Source: Minisyncoccota bacterium (GTDB lineage Bacteria > Patescibacteriota > Minisyncoccia > Phycocordibacterales > UBA9973). Taken from it: a DNA stretch of 44,794 bases. Shown piece after piece: positions 7,302 to 14,990 of this stretch. How positions within the stretch are numbered: position 1 is the stretch's first letter; each line of letters starts with the position of its first letter. Made by a program: the position numbers and the translations under genes. The stretch spans positions 1-44,794 of the forward strand of contig JAGOSA010000003.1 of the NCBI GenBank assembly GCA_018062505.1, read 5' to 3'. A model generated the notes under the pieces. That model was not told the DNA's origin. It did not search any database and saw only the letters and a program-made list of their open reading frames with translations.

Positions 7302-9938
7302 TTAGTTAGTCGGCCATCGGCTTGGCGGCATTGGAGCCGCTACAGCTGTTTCGCGTCGGCGGTTGTTGCTGAAAGCAAGGACACCGAGGAGGATGACGAG
7401 GACTGCGATGAGGAACCAAATGAGGCCACCACCGAATCCTGAGCCGAACACACCAGCGAGAAGGCCGTTTCCGCCAACACCTGTCATGAGTTCTGCAGTA
7501 ACTGTTTCGCGTTCGCCTGTCTTCGTATTGAGGTAGCTTGCATCAGCGTGAAGCACGAAGCTTGTTGATGATGTCTTGCTTGCAACACGAGCAGTAACTG
7601 TGATCGTCTTCGCATCGCCAACTGCAAGAGTTGGGAATGAAAGTGTAATCGTATTTGTTGCGAATGAAAGTTCACCGAGGCTTGCCGATGAAAGGGCAAG
7701 ATCCATAGGAGCTGACACATGCATGACGACGTTCTTGAGAGAGCGTGAGCTTTCGTTCGTGAGCGTAATCGAATACGTGATCAAATCGTCGCGTGCTACA
7801 TCTCGCTTTGAAGCATTGATCTTCAAGCTTGCGAGCGTACTCGTGCCGACACTGTAATCATATCCACCATTGTTGGTGTAGATGATGATCGGTGGCTGCT
7901 GAGGGTACTGCGGATTCGTTGGGTTATAAGGCGGATAATAAGGCGGCTGCACTGGCACATAGGCATTTGTGTTGGTGATGAATGAGAGAACATTTCCGCA
8001 GTTCTGGCCGTACTGGTTTGAAGCACAAGTCTGGAATGAGTAGACAGTATTTGGCTGCAAATTCGAGAGGAATGCTGTGACTGACTGTGATCCTGAAATT
8101 GTCGGCTGTGCTGACAGAGAAGTAAGGTTGAGGTTGCCGTTCATTCCGTAGTTGAACCAAACCTGTGCATTTGATGCACCGTTTGAGTTTACGAAACCGA
8201 AGAGAGAGGCTGTCGTGTCAGTAACATTGCTTGCAGAAGAAGTGTTAGCGATTGGCGCATTGCCTGTGCTGCCACCTCCGCAGTTGTAAGTACAACCGGC
8301 TGAAAGCGTTGTGAATGACAATGTGCTGCCACAGTTCTGTCCGTATGCATTAGATGCACAGAGACGGTATGAGTAGACAGTATTTGCCTGCAAGCTACCG
8401 AGAGCCTGTGTGACATTGCCGCTGCCGATACCGAATGACATCTGGCTTGTTGAATTGCTGAAGCTGCCGTTTGGACCGTACTCAAACCAGTAGTAAGAGT
8501 ATGAATTGTTAGCATTGATTGTACCTGTGAGAGTAACATCGTTTGCAGTGACATTGTTTGCTGAAACAGTTGTTGCTGTTGGAGCATGTCCAGATGGCTG
8601 GGCAGTATATTCGTTGTTATCTGTTGCTGATGAACAGCCAGGATCAGAAGGGAAGTCGGAGTATCCGTTTCCATCATTGTCCTGTCCATCATTACATTCG
8701 TAAAGTGTTGGTGCTGTGTTGTATTCAGTATTGTCTGTTGGTGATGTACAACCTGGATCAGATGGGAAGTCGGCAAGGCCGTCTGCATCGTTATCGAAGC
8801 CGTCATTACACTGGTAGGAAGTTGGCTGAGCTGTGTATTCGTTGTTGTCAGTTGCTGATGAACAGCCAGGATCAGAAGGGAAGTCGGAGTATCCGTTTCC
8901 ATCATTGTCCTGTCCGTCATTACACTCGTATGTTACCGGAGTAACGATATTGAGTGTTGTGAACTGAAGCGTTGTGTTTCCAGCAACTGGAGAAATGTTT
9001 CCATTGCCAGCATATGCTTTGAAGTAATAAGTCGTGTTTGGAGTAAGACCAGTAAGCGTACCTGTGAATGCACCTGATATTGTCTGTGTTCCAGAAACTG
9101 TAAGTGTCGAATTGAGGTTGCTTGCTGATGTACCGTATTTGAAGTAACGAGTTGTTACTGTTGTGTTAGCGATAATGACATGAGCATTAAGAGTTGCTGA
9201 TGTTGTTGTAACGTTAGACTGTCCAACAGTTGTAACGACGATGCTAGCTACTGGGGCTGCTGGAGTTGTAAAGACGAGAGTAGGAGTTGAAGATACAACT
9301 TGTGTACCAGCTTGTGATCCAATTGCTTGGAAATAGTACGTAGTGCTTGCCTGCAAACCGCTTATATTTGCAGAAAAGTTATTTGATCCGACGACAACTG
9401 ATTGACCAGTTGTAACGCGGTTGAGGCTGTTTGCAGCTGTTCCGTATCGAAACCAAACAACAGGTGATGTCATTGTTGCGCTGTAGTGACCGTTGAGGGT
9501 TGCAACAGAAGAAGTGACGTTTGTCTGTGGAAGTGTCGAAAGGGAAAGAGTTGCAGTCTGCGCGGCTGTTGTCGTAAACGAAACAGTCGTAAGACCAAGC
9601 GTCTGGCCATAGAAGTTAGAACCCGCTGCTTTGAAGTAGTAGGTTGTATTTGGCGTAAGACCAGTGATTGTCTGGCTGAACTGGCCTGAGCCTGTTCCGC
9701 GATTGACGATTGCACTGTTTGAGTTCAAGTTGCTAGCACTAGTGCCGTACTTGAAATACGTCGATGTTGGTGCACCGTTCGCATTGAAGAAGCCACTAAG
9801 TGTAGCAGTTGTCGCTGTTGTTGCAGATGCAGTCAAAGTGTTGATTGCAGGTACGCCTGAAGCGAAGCTAGTAATTGGGAAAGCGGCCAACATGAAGAGG
9901 GCAACAATTCCACTGATTGTTTTGATGATTTTTTGCAT
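7302..9938 (-). CDS. Large surface protein: Fn3-like repeats, 3x Cys/Asp-rich (CNDGxDND..DFPSDPGC) repeats, Pro-rich spacer, DUF11-like domain, C-terminal TM anchor
   Basis: Signal peptide. At least six repeats ending in GL.PNTTYYFKA / ASTTYYFQA / ANTVYSYR. Three metal-binding-like Cys/Asp repeats. PPYYPPYNPTNPQYPQQPP spacer. DUF11-like segment (ITYSITLTNESSRSLKNVVMHVSAP). C-terminal helix LIWFLIAVLVILLGVLAF followed by NNRRRE. Confidence 0.85.
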   Translation of the reverse strand: MQKIIKTISGIVALFMLAAFPITSFASGVPAINTLTASATTATTATLSGFFNANGAPTSTYFKYGTSASNLNSNSAIVNRGTGSGQFSQTITGLTPNTTYYFKAAGSNFYGQTLGLTTVSFTTTAAQTATLSLSTLPQTNVTSSVATLNGHYSATMTSPVVWFRYGTAANSLNRVTTGQSVVVGSNNFSANISGLQASTTYYFQAIGSQAGTQVVSSTPTLVFTTPAAPVASIVVTTVGQSNVTTTSATLNAHVIIANTTVTTRYFKYGTSASNLNSTLTVSGTQTISGAFTGTLTGLTPNTTYYFKAYAGNGNISPVAGNTTLQFTTLNIVTPVTYECNDGQDNDGNGYSDFPSDPGCSSATDNNEYTAQPTSYQCNDGFDNDADGLADFPSDPGCTSPTDNTEYNTAPTLYECNDGQDNDGNGYSDFPSDPGCSSATDNNEYTAQPSGHAPTATTVSANNVTANDVTLTGTINANNSYSYYWFEYGPNGSFSNSTSQMSFGIGSGNVTQALGSLQANTVYSYRLCASNAYGQNCGSTLSFTTLSAGCTYNCGGGSTGNAPIANTSSASNVTDTTASLFGFVNSNGASNAQVWFNYGMNGNLNLTSLSAQPTISGSQSVTAFLSNLQPNTVYSFQTCASNQYGQNCGNVLSFITNTNAYVPVQPPYYPPYNPTNPQYPQQPPIIIYTNNGGYDYSVGTSTLASLKINASKRDVARDDLITYSITLTNESSRSLKNVVMHVSAPMDLALSSASLGELSFATNTITLSFPTLAVGDAKTITVTARVASKTSSTSFVLHADASYLNTKTGERETVTAELMTGVGGNGLLAGVFGSGFGGGLIWFLIAVLVILLGVLAFSNNRRRETAVAAPMPPSRWPTN
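8600..8930 (-). repeat. Three tandem ~33-codon Cys/Asp-rich repeats inside the 7302..9938 CDS
   Basis: YECNDGQDNDGNGYSDFPSDPGCSSATDNNEYTAQP occurs twice with identical protein sequence and only a few synonymous DNA differences. The two copies flank a diverged copy, YQCNDGFDNDADGLADFPSDPGCTSPTDNTEY. Confidence 0.85.
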
Positions 9939-10034
9939 AAATAATGCTGTATCTATTGATAATTAAGCGATAATAATTCTGGCTATATCTTATCACAGCC
10001 AAACACTTCTGTCAAGGGGTAGGCCAATCTCTGC

Positions 10035-10063
10035 TTGACAATATGTCTATAATCTGCTATTAT
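10035..10063 (+). promoter_or_regulatory. Sigma70-like promoter (TTGACA-17-TGcTATTAT)
   Basis: ttgaca atatgtctataatctgc tattat, about 65 nt upstream of ATG 10130. Confidence 0.5.
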
Positions 10064-10129
10064 ATACGCAAGGAAATCACCTTAAAAACTATCTATAAAT
10101 CACTCAAAAACCCTCTAAAAAAGACGTCA

Positions 10130-11674
10130 ATGAAAAGACTACTTCTCAGCTTGATGCTACTTGCATCTACTACCTTTGCTAATGCTCAGGTTACTATTAC
10201 CGACTTTTGGTTGGATTATGAAAATGGAACCAGCGACAGCGCTGTCGTCACGTGGACCTGCTCCGACTCAGTCGAAGTATTTGCCCACTGGGATACGCTT
10301 GCCGGTTTCCCGAATGCTTGGAATGCACTTGATGCAGTTCAGTTCGGTCCCGGACCTCATACGTTCGGTTTCGTAACTGACTCACTGTTTCCTGATATGG
10401 AAAATTTCATGCGGGTAACAGTACGCAGTTGGAACAGTACAGCAACTCGTCCGATTTCAATTCAGACGACATCGATCGCTCAGATCGGCAACTTGCGAGG
10501 CGAAGTGCTTTCGCAAACATCTGTTCGACTTCTGTGCGACTTCATGGATCATGGTTTCGAAACCGCAATCATGTTCTTTGATGAGAATGATATGTACCTT
10601 GGGACTCGTACACAATTGCGAGCACCATATATAGGCACAACTTCTCTCACTGTCCCTCAATTGGCAAATGACACCATGGAATACTATGCTGTTTGCGCCA
10701 ATGTTATGAATCCGGTGACGTTCGATACAACATGGATTATTTTTCCTGTAGTAACGCCTCCGTACTTTTCAGAAGCACCTAGTGTCGACAGTGTCACAAA
10801 CATTGTCGTAACGAGCTCAAGCATTGATGGAGTTGTTCATGTGAGCAGTGATTCGCTTCCAGCAACAGTTTTCATGCTGAACTCAGCTGATAACTTTGCA
10901 ACGAGCCAATCAATTACACCAGCATTTATCCCAGCCGGATATACTGGTATTGCATTTACGATGCCGCATACATATGCGCCATCAACAAATGTCACGCTAC
11001 GTTTTGTCATCCAGAATGCATTTGGTCCAAATAATCTTTGGTACGATACGCTCGATGTTGTCGTTACGACACCCGGGCCGACATTGCCGACAGAAAATTT
11101 GGTTCCGCAAACTGATTACATAAACTACACTGGTGCATATGCTGACATGAGCGTTCATCCGTTCTACTTAGTAAATGCACCAACAGGCACGCTCGCTATG
11201 CTTGCTGCCGAAAGCAATGACACAAGTCTTGCGCTTTCAAGCAGCTGGACAGTAACGTCAGCTCCTGGAGATACAATGAGAACGAATACATTCTATGCAA
11301 ACGTAAATGAATGCTGGATGTTCCAAACATTGCTATCTGATGGAACAGAGTTGCGTCAAACCCATTTCTCTCAACGCGAAGTTTGCTTTACAGTAACAAG
11401 CGTTGACGACGCTCCTGTTGCAGGCTGGCCTGGAAGTACTACTAAGTTCAATTTCCAAAAAGATTTTGCAACTGGTTACGCTTGGCCAATAGTATCCGTC
11501 ACTGATCTGTCGGGTCGCGATGTGATGATTGCTTCTCCTGGTGTTAGAGTTTCTAACACTGAAGAGCTCAATAACATTGTTCCTCCAAATCAGATTGTTC
11601 TTGTAACAACGATGCCGGATAAGAAGAGTGGAATAGTTAAGACAGGAAAGTATCTGTTCGTGAAAATTGAATAA
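10130..11674 (+). CDS. Secreted hypothetical protein (Ig-like repeats by eye) with T9SS-CTD-like C-terminus
   Basis: Start moved to ATG 10130, giving a classical signal peptide MKRLLLSLMLLASTTFANAQ. The C-terminal ~70 aa (VSVTDLSGRDVM....KTGKYLFVKIE) resemble por-secretion sorting domains. Followed by a terminator. Confidence 0.75.
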   Translation: MKRLLLSLMLLASTTFANAQVTITDFWLDYENGTSDSAVVTWTCSDSVEVFAHWDTLAGFPNAWNALDAVQFGPGPHTFGFVTDSLFPDMENFMRVTVRSWNSTATRPISIQTTSIAQIGNLRGEVLSQTSVRLLCDFMDHGFETAIMFFDENDMYLGTRTQLRAPYIGTTSLTVPQLANDTMEYYAVCANVMNPVTFDTTWIIFPVVTPPYFSEAPSVDSVTNIVVTSSSIDGVVHVSSDSLPATVFMLNSADNFATSQSITPAFIPAGYTGIAFTMPHTYAPSTNVTLRFVIQNAFGPNNLWYDTLDVVVTTPGPTLPTENLVPQTDYINYTGAYADMSVHPFYLVNAPTGTLAMLAAESNDTSLALSSSWTVTSAPGDTMRTNTFYANVNECWMFQTLLSDGTELRQTHFSQREVCFTVTSVDDAPVAGWPGSTTKFNFQKDFATGYAWPIVSVTDLSGRDVMIASPGVRVSNTEELNNIVPPNQIVLVTTMPDKKSGIVKTGKYLFVKIE

Positions 11675-11717
11675 AGAGTAATTTTAACGTGTTAATGGTT
11701 TAGCACGGTAAATGTTG

Positions 11718-11750
11718 AAAGCCGCAGCAAAGTTTCGCTGCGGTTTTTTT
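11718..11750 (+). terminator. Rho-independent terminator
   Basis: CCGCAGCaaagtttcGCTGCGGttttttt. Confidence 0.75.
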
Positions 11751-11805
11751 ATTGCCATTTTTATTTTTCTTTCATATATTCTTAATTTAGAAGTAGTAGG
11801 CAATA

Positions 11806-11834
11806 GAAAAAGCGCCCCTTTCGGAGCGCTTTTC
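11806..11834 (-). terminator. Rho-independent terminator downstream of rnpB
   Basis: On the minus strand: AAGCGCTCCgaaaGGGGCGCTTttt, immediately 3' of the RNase P RNA P1 stem. Confidence 0.65.
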
Positions 11835-11839
11835 CATTT

Positions 11840-12239
11840 TATGGCTTGTGCCTATAAGCCGAATTCTGTATCGCGCGATCTTTCGATCGTGTGACGACAA
11901 TCATTTATCTAGGCCTACGATTGCTCGCAGGCTCAAGCGACTCTCATGTTGTGCAAACTTTCGCTTACACAACTAGCACGGTCTTGCACAGAAGTAAGGG
12001 TTTAGCCGTTTCAATTCTGCCTTACGGCAGACATGTTCCTTTGCCATTTGCATGGCCGAGGAATCCTAGCCTTTCGGCATTTCGCTTGCGCGATTTTCGG
12101 CGTCTCTGCTCGCACCTCATGGGTTGCCCCAGACGGGAATTACCCGCTACTTGCTCCTTTGCCATTGCTGGCAAAGGCTGTGTTCGGACTTTCCTCACTC
12201 AAAGCCGAAGCCTCGAGCGCGATTGTCCAGCACAAGCCG
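11840..12239 (-). ncRNA. rnpB: RNase P RNA (bacterial type A)
   Basis: The reverse complement contains GAGGAAAGUCCGAACAC (CR-I), GCGGGUAAUUCCCGU, GCUUGAGCC....GGCCUAGAUAAAUGAUUGUCG and ACAGAAUUCGGCUUAUAG (CR-V). These are collinear with the E. coli M1 RNA 3' region as I recall it. P1 pairs GGCUUGUGC (5') with GCACAAGCC (3'). It has its own promoter and terminator. Confidence 0.92.
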
Positions 12240-12244
12240 AGCTG

Positions 12245-12273
12245 AATATACCTTTTTTACACTGCTTTGGCAA
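12245..12273 (-). promoter_or_regulatory. Promoter of rnpB (TTGCCA-17-TATATT)
   Basis: Minus strand: ttgcca aagcagtgtaaaaaagg tatatt, 6-7 nt upstream of the predicted RNA 5' end. Confidence 0.55.
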
Positions 12274-12291
12274 TGAAATCGCTCCAAGGTT

Positions 12292-12300
12292 TGCTATACT
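12292..12300 (+). promoter_or_regulatory. Extended -10 (TGcTATACT) 7 nt upstream of ATG 12308
   Basis: tTGcTATACTgcttggaATG. This suggests a leaderless mRNA. Confidence 0.45.
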
Positions 12301-12307
12301 GCTTGGA

Positions 12308-12772
12308 ATGAAACAAGCCGAAAAAAATCCGCAGAGGAAAAATATCTTCAAGCGCACTTACACGTTCTTCGATAAGTTCGAAGACCACACTCGCGAATAC
12401 CTTTCGCGCCGACCAATCCTCTATACATTTATAGGTGGCGTCGCCATTGTCCTTTTCTGGCGCGGCATTTGGCATACGGCTGACCTCTTTCCGTGGCTCA
12501 CTGGTCCCGTTTCAATAGTCATTTCAGTTGTCATCTTGCTTGCCACTGGACTTTTTGTTTCGTACTTTGTCGGCGACATGATTATCATTTCTGGCCTCAA
12601 CAAAGACAAAAAGACGACTGAGAAAAACGAAGCTGAAATCCACGATGACCTCGCTCGCGAAGAGCACATAATCGATCGCTTAGAAGACAAAATCGACAAC
12701 CTTACTGACAAGATTGAAGCACTTGAAGAAAAAGTAGAAGAAAACAACGAAGAACCTTTAGGTTTTAGATAG
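12308..12772 (+). CDS. Small membrane protein (2 TM) with acidic coiled-coil C-terminus
   Basis: In-frame ATG downstream of rnpB. TM segments ILYTFIGGVAIVLFW and VSIVISVVILLATGLFVSYFV. C-terminal heptad-like EDKIDNLTDKIEALEEKVEE. The upstream 139 codons of ORF 11891..12772 are antisense to rnpB and are rejected. Confidence 0.65.
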   Translation: MKQAEKNPQRKNIFKRTYTFFDKFEDHTREYLSRRPILYTFIGGVAIVLFWRGIWHTADLFPWLTGPVSIVISVVILLATGLFVSYFVGDMIIISGLNKDKKTTEKNEAEIHDDLAREEHIIDRLEDKIDNLTDKIEALEEKVEENNEEPLGFR

Positions 12773-12778
12773 TAGTTT

Positions 12779-13765
12779 CTACTGTGCCGAAGCGCGAGCA
12801 GCTAAAACCTGTTCGCGTTTTTGCTGTTCCTTCTGAATTGTTTCGAGATTGTCGTTGACTAGCTTTTCTATTTCGGTCTGCGTAATAGTTGTGGCTTTTG
12901 GATCAGTTGCGAGCGCTTTCCATGGAGCTGTTTTGCCGAAAGCGTAGTTGCCGAAAATAATGACAGGCATGCCGTTCGCAAGTTTTGTCTGGCCATCTGA
13001 ATCGAGCACCCATTGATCGCCCCAATTGTAGAGGAATTCTGCATCAGGTTCGTAGAAGCGGACACATGAATGGCTAGCAGGGTAGCCGGGCATAGCGTAG
13101 TGGTGGAGGCCGATGCCTTCGAAGTTTGCGACATTGAAATTCCACTTGAGAATCCATTCGTCGCTAAATGTACTGACAACTTCTTTGCCTTTCCAGTTTG
13201 CAAAGTAAAGTCTGTTTGGCGTTGGTGTCGATTGCTTGCCAGAGCTGACTGGTCCGCTGCGGACGAGTTTGCCGAATTCATAAAATCCGAAAGCTTGGAC
13301 GCGCTGAGAAACGATAGCAAGTTTAGGAATTGTAGAAGCGGCTTCTATTGTTTCAGGCAAAAAAGCTGCTGCAACATCGAGCGCTGCTTCGTCTCCGATA
13401 GTTGCTGGGATTGATATAGTAATGCCTGTGTAGAGATGCTTGTCGTCGATGCGGTTGAGGGCAAGAATTGTAGCGACATTTGCGCGGCCGACAGCAGCAG
13501 TCAGCTCAGCTCCCGGCTTGTCTGTCGTGAGGGTAATGAGCTTGAAAGCGCCAGCAGAAACTTCTGGTGGATCGACTGGTTCAAGCGGAGGCTTTGGCGT
13601 TGGTTCGCTCGGAGTAGTTGGCTCAGTTGGGTTTGGCTCGTTTGGCTGGTTGGGTTCTGCGGGCTGGTTTGGATCAGCAACATACTGCGTCGTTGAAAAA
13701 GCTCTCCATATAAATGCACCAGCAACGAGAACGAGTATGATAATTGGGATTAAGTATTTCTTCAT
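12779..13765 (-). CDS. L,D-transpeptidase (YkuD domain) with Pro-rich linker and LysM-like segment
   Basis: Signal/TM helix. PNQPAEPNQPNEPNPTEPTTPSEPTPKPP linker. YkuD catalytic signature GLHHYAMPGYPASHSCVRF (H...SH.C.R). Confidence 0.85.
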   Translation of the reverse strand: MKKYLIPIIILVLVAGAFIWRAFSTTQYVADPNQPAEPNQPNEPNPTEPTTPSEPTPKPPLEPVDPPEVSAGAFKLITLTTDKPGAELTAAVGRANVATILALNRIDDKHLYTGITISIPATIGDEAALDVAAAFLPETIEAASTIPKLAIVSQRVQAFGFYEFGKLVRSGPVSSGKQSTPTPNRLYFANWKGKEVVSTFSDEWILKWNFNVANFEGIGLHHYAMPGYPASHSCVRFYEPDAEFLYNWGDQWVLDSDGQTKLANGMPVIIFGNYAFGKTAPWKALATDPKATTITQTEIEKLVNDNLETIQKEQQKREQVLAARASAQ

Positions 13766-13819
13766 ATTTTTTGTATTTTATATCTATATCGTAGCATTTA
13801 TAATCATAATAATCTCAGG

Positions 13820-13848
13820 TTGACTTTATGGATTCAATCTGATATACT
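13820..13848 (+). promoter_or_regulatory. Near-consensus promoter (TTGACT-17-TATACT)
   Basis: ttgact ttatggattcaatctga tatact. It drives the non-coding region 13855..14216. Confidence 0.6.
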
Positions 13849-13854
13849 CTCTCC

Positions 13855-14216
13855 GTGAGTGTTTGTAGTAACTTGTTTATTCAAACACACAAATGCCGCA
13901 CAAGGCCCGTCGCAAGACGGGTTTTGTGTTATCTGGGCAAACCTCGTCGTTTCGACTGGTCCCAGAAGCCGTGCATACTCTATATATAGATAGACGGACA
14001 GGGCAGGGATATATTGCAAGAGTAAGGCATATTGCAAACCGCTCATGGCCGTGTATACTTCTTACGTACATATATATGTACGGTCTATTGTCGCTAGTAA
14101 TGGTCATCGGCTGCGCTCACCTAGGCATTTGTGTGGAGTTAGTACCCGGTGACCTTTAGTGGCGAGAATACACAATGGAAATAGAAACCTCTAGCTTCTG
14201 CTAGGGGTTTTTATTT
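13855..14216 (+). ncRNA. Unclassified structured RNA (~360 nt), promoter- and terminator-bracketed
   Basis: 12-bp perfect long-range helix (13886-13897 with 14124-14135). 14-bp hairpin with GCAA tetraloop (13898-13929). Extended hairpin 13933-13965. Perfect AT-rich palindrome cgtacatatatatgtacg (14065-14082). Terminator CCTCTAGCttctGCTAGGGGttttt at 14188-14216. No SRP, tmRNA, 6S or riboswitch signature recognised. Confidence 0.5.
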
Positions 14217-14233
14217 TTTTATTTATCATGTTA

Positions 14234-14341
14234 TTGCAATTAGTTTTGAGAATCTCAGGTACGAAATTTTTTTGCTAAAAAATTTCTCCTTCTCGCGCCA
14301 GTCGCGCTCGAAAGACCTTCGCTTCTCAAAACTAATTGCAA
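14234..14341. repeat. Hairpin element copy A (19-bp perfect outer stem enclosing a conserved ~65-nt core)
   Basis: Outer stem ttgcaattagttttgagaa / ttctcaaaactaattgcaa. Inner hairpin GAAATTTTT..AAAAATTTC, followed by TCGCGCCAGTCGCGCT. The same core is found at 40085..40139. Confidence 0.6.
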
Positions 14342-14631
14342 AAAATAGAGTAATAAAAAATAAAACAGACTAAGAAGTTACATATTAAAGTAAATAAAAT
14401 ATTATTTTAAAAGTTTTTTGCAAATTATTTTCAGAAATAAAAAAAACATAAATAAAAAATAAAAATAGTTTTCCACAGTTTTGATGAAAAAAATATTGTA
14501 ATAGATTTTTTTTGTATCATAATAGATGAGAAGGCGCGATGAAATTTAAAAAACAAAAACTTTTTTACAATGGAATGTTTTTGTTTGGTCGTGATTCGCG
14601 CATCAGTTACCAATAACTTCGCAATAATATT

Positions 14632-14706
14632 ATGGCAAAGAAAAAAGCAAAGAAGGCTGCAAAGAAGACTTCTAAGAAAAAGGCTACAAAGAAGAAGCGC
14701 GCATAG
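14632..14706 (+). CDS. Candidate 24-aa lysine-rich micro-protein (MAKKKAKKAAKKTSKKKATKKKRA)
   Basis: ATG-initiated ORF followed 20 nt later by a clean terminator. Below the 60-aa cutoff of the ORF track. No SD motif, as for most genes here. Composition resembles histone H1 tails or tiny basic ribosomal proteins. Confidence 0.35.
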   Translation: MAKKKAKKAAKKTSKKKATKKKRA

Positions 14707-14726
14707 TCCTTCTTTTCCCACTTAAG

Positions 14727-14756
14727 AAAAAATCTCTCCAACTGAGAGGTTTTTTC
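14727..14756 (+). terminator. Rho-independent terminator
   Basis: aaaaaATCTCTCcaactGAGAGGTtttttc. Confidence 0.65.
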
Positions 14757-14914
14757 TTTGGTGTATTCTTTTGTTTCGATCTATGCTATTTTTTGAATGA
14801 GACGTGTTCTTGCGAGCTATAGTGCTTCTTATTAGTGCCGAGCGAACAGAAGTCTAGGTTGCGGTGTGAACGAGACACATCCAGCTCTTTTGCTCCTATT
14901 CGGAACACCATTTG

Positions 14915-14946
14915 CCCAGCCTGTCATTCGACAGCTGGGTTTTTTC
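14915..14946 (+). terminator. Rho-independent terminator just upstream of the secA promoter
   Basis: CCCAGC(c)TGTCattcGACAGCTGGGtttttt. Confidence 0.7.
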
Positions 14947-14972
14947 TTTGGCTCGAAAAAAGCCGCCGAATG

Positions 14973-14981
14973 TGGTAAAAT
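14973..14981 (+). promoter_or_regulatory. Extended -10 (TGgTAAAAT) 9 nt upstream of secA ATG
   Basis: aatgTGgTAAAATgacgcatctATG. Confidence 0.45.
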
Positions 14982-14990
14982 GACGCATCT

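Noticed and set aside
11891-12307. N-terminal 139 codons of the 293-aa ORF 11891..12772
   Set aside because: This part is exactly antisense to a well-supported RNase P RNA (rnpB). It has an Arg/Ser/Cys/Pro-rich nonsense-like composition. The real CDS starts at ATG 12308, downstream of a TGcTATACT box.
13893-14159. 88-aa ORF (and antisense ORFs 13834..14046 and 13877..14107) inside the promoter/terminator-bracketed region
   Set aside because: Implausible composition, no translation-initiation context, and dense RNA secondary structure. Treated as ncRNA. Only the embedded 27-codon hydrophobic ORF is kept as a speculative alternative.
13855-14216. Assignment of the unknown RNA to tmRNA, SRP RNA or 6S RNA
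   Set aside because: No tRNA-like acceptor/T-arm (GGUUCGA..CCA). No alanine-resume tag frame ending in ..LAA. No SRP domain IV motif (GGUCCGGAAGGAAGCAGCC-like). Too long and wrongly shaped for 6S.
14342-14630. AT-rich island as a replication origin
   Set aside because: Only one DnaA-box-like 9-mer (TTTTCCACA at about 14468), no cluster of boxes, and no dnaA/dnaN nearby.
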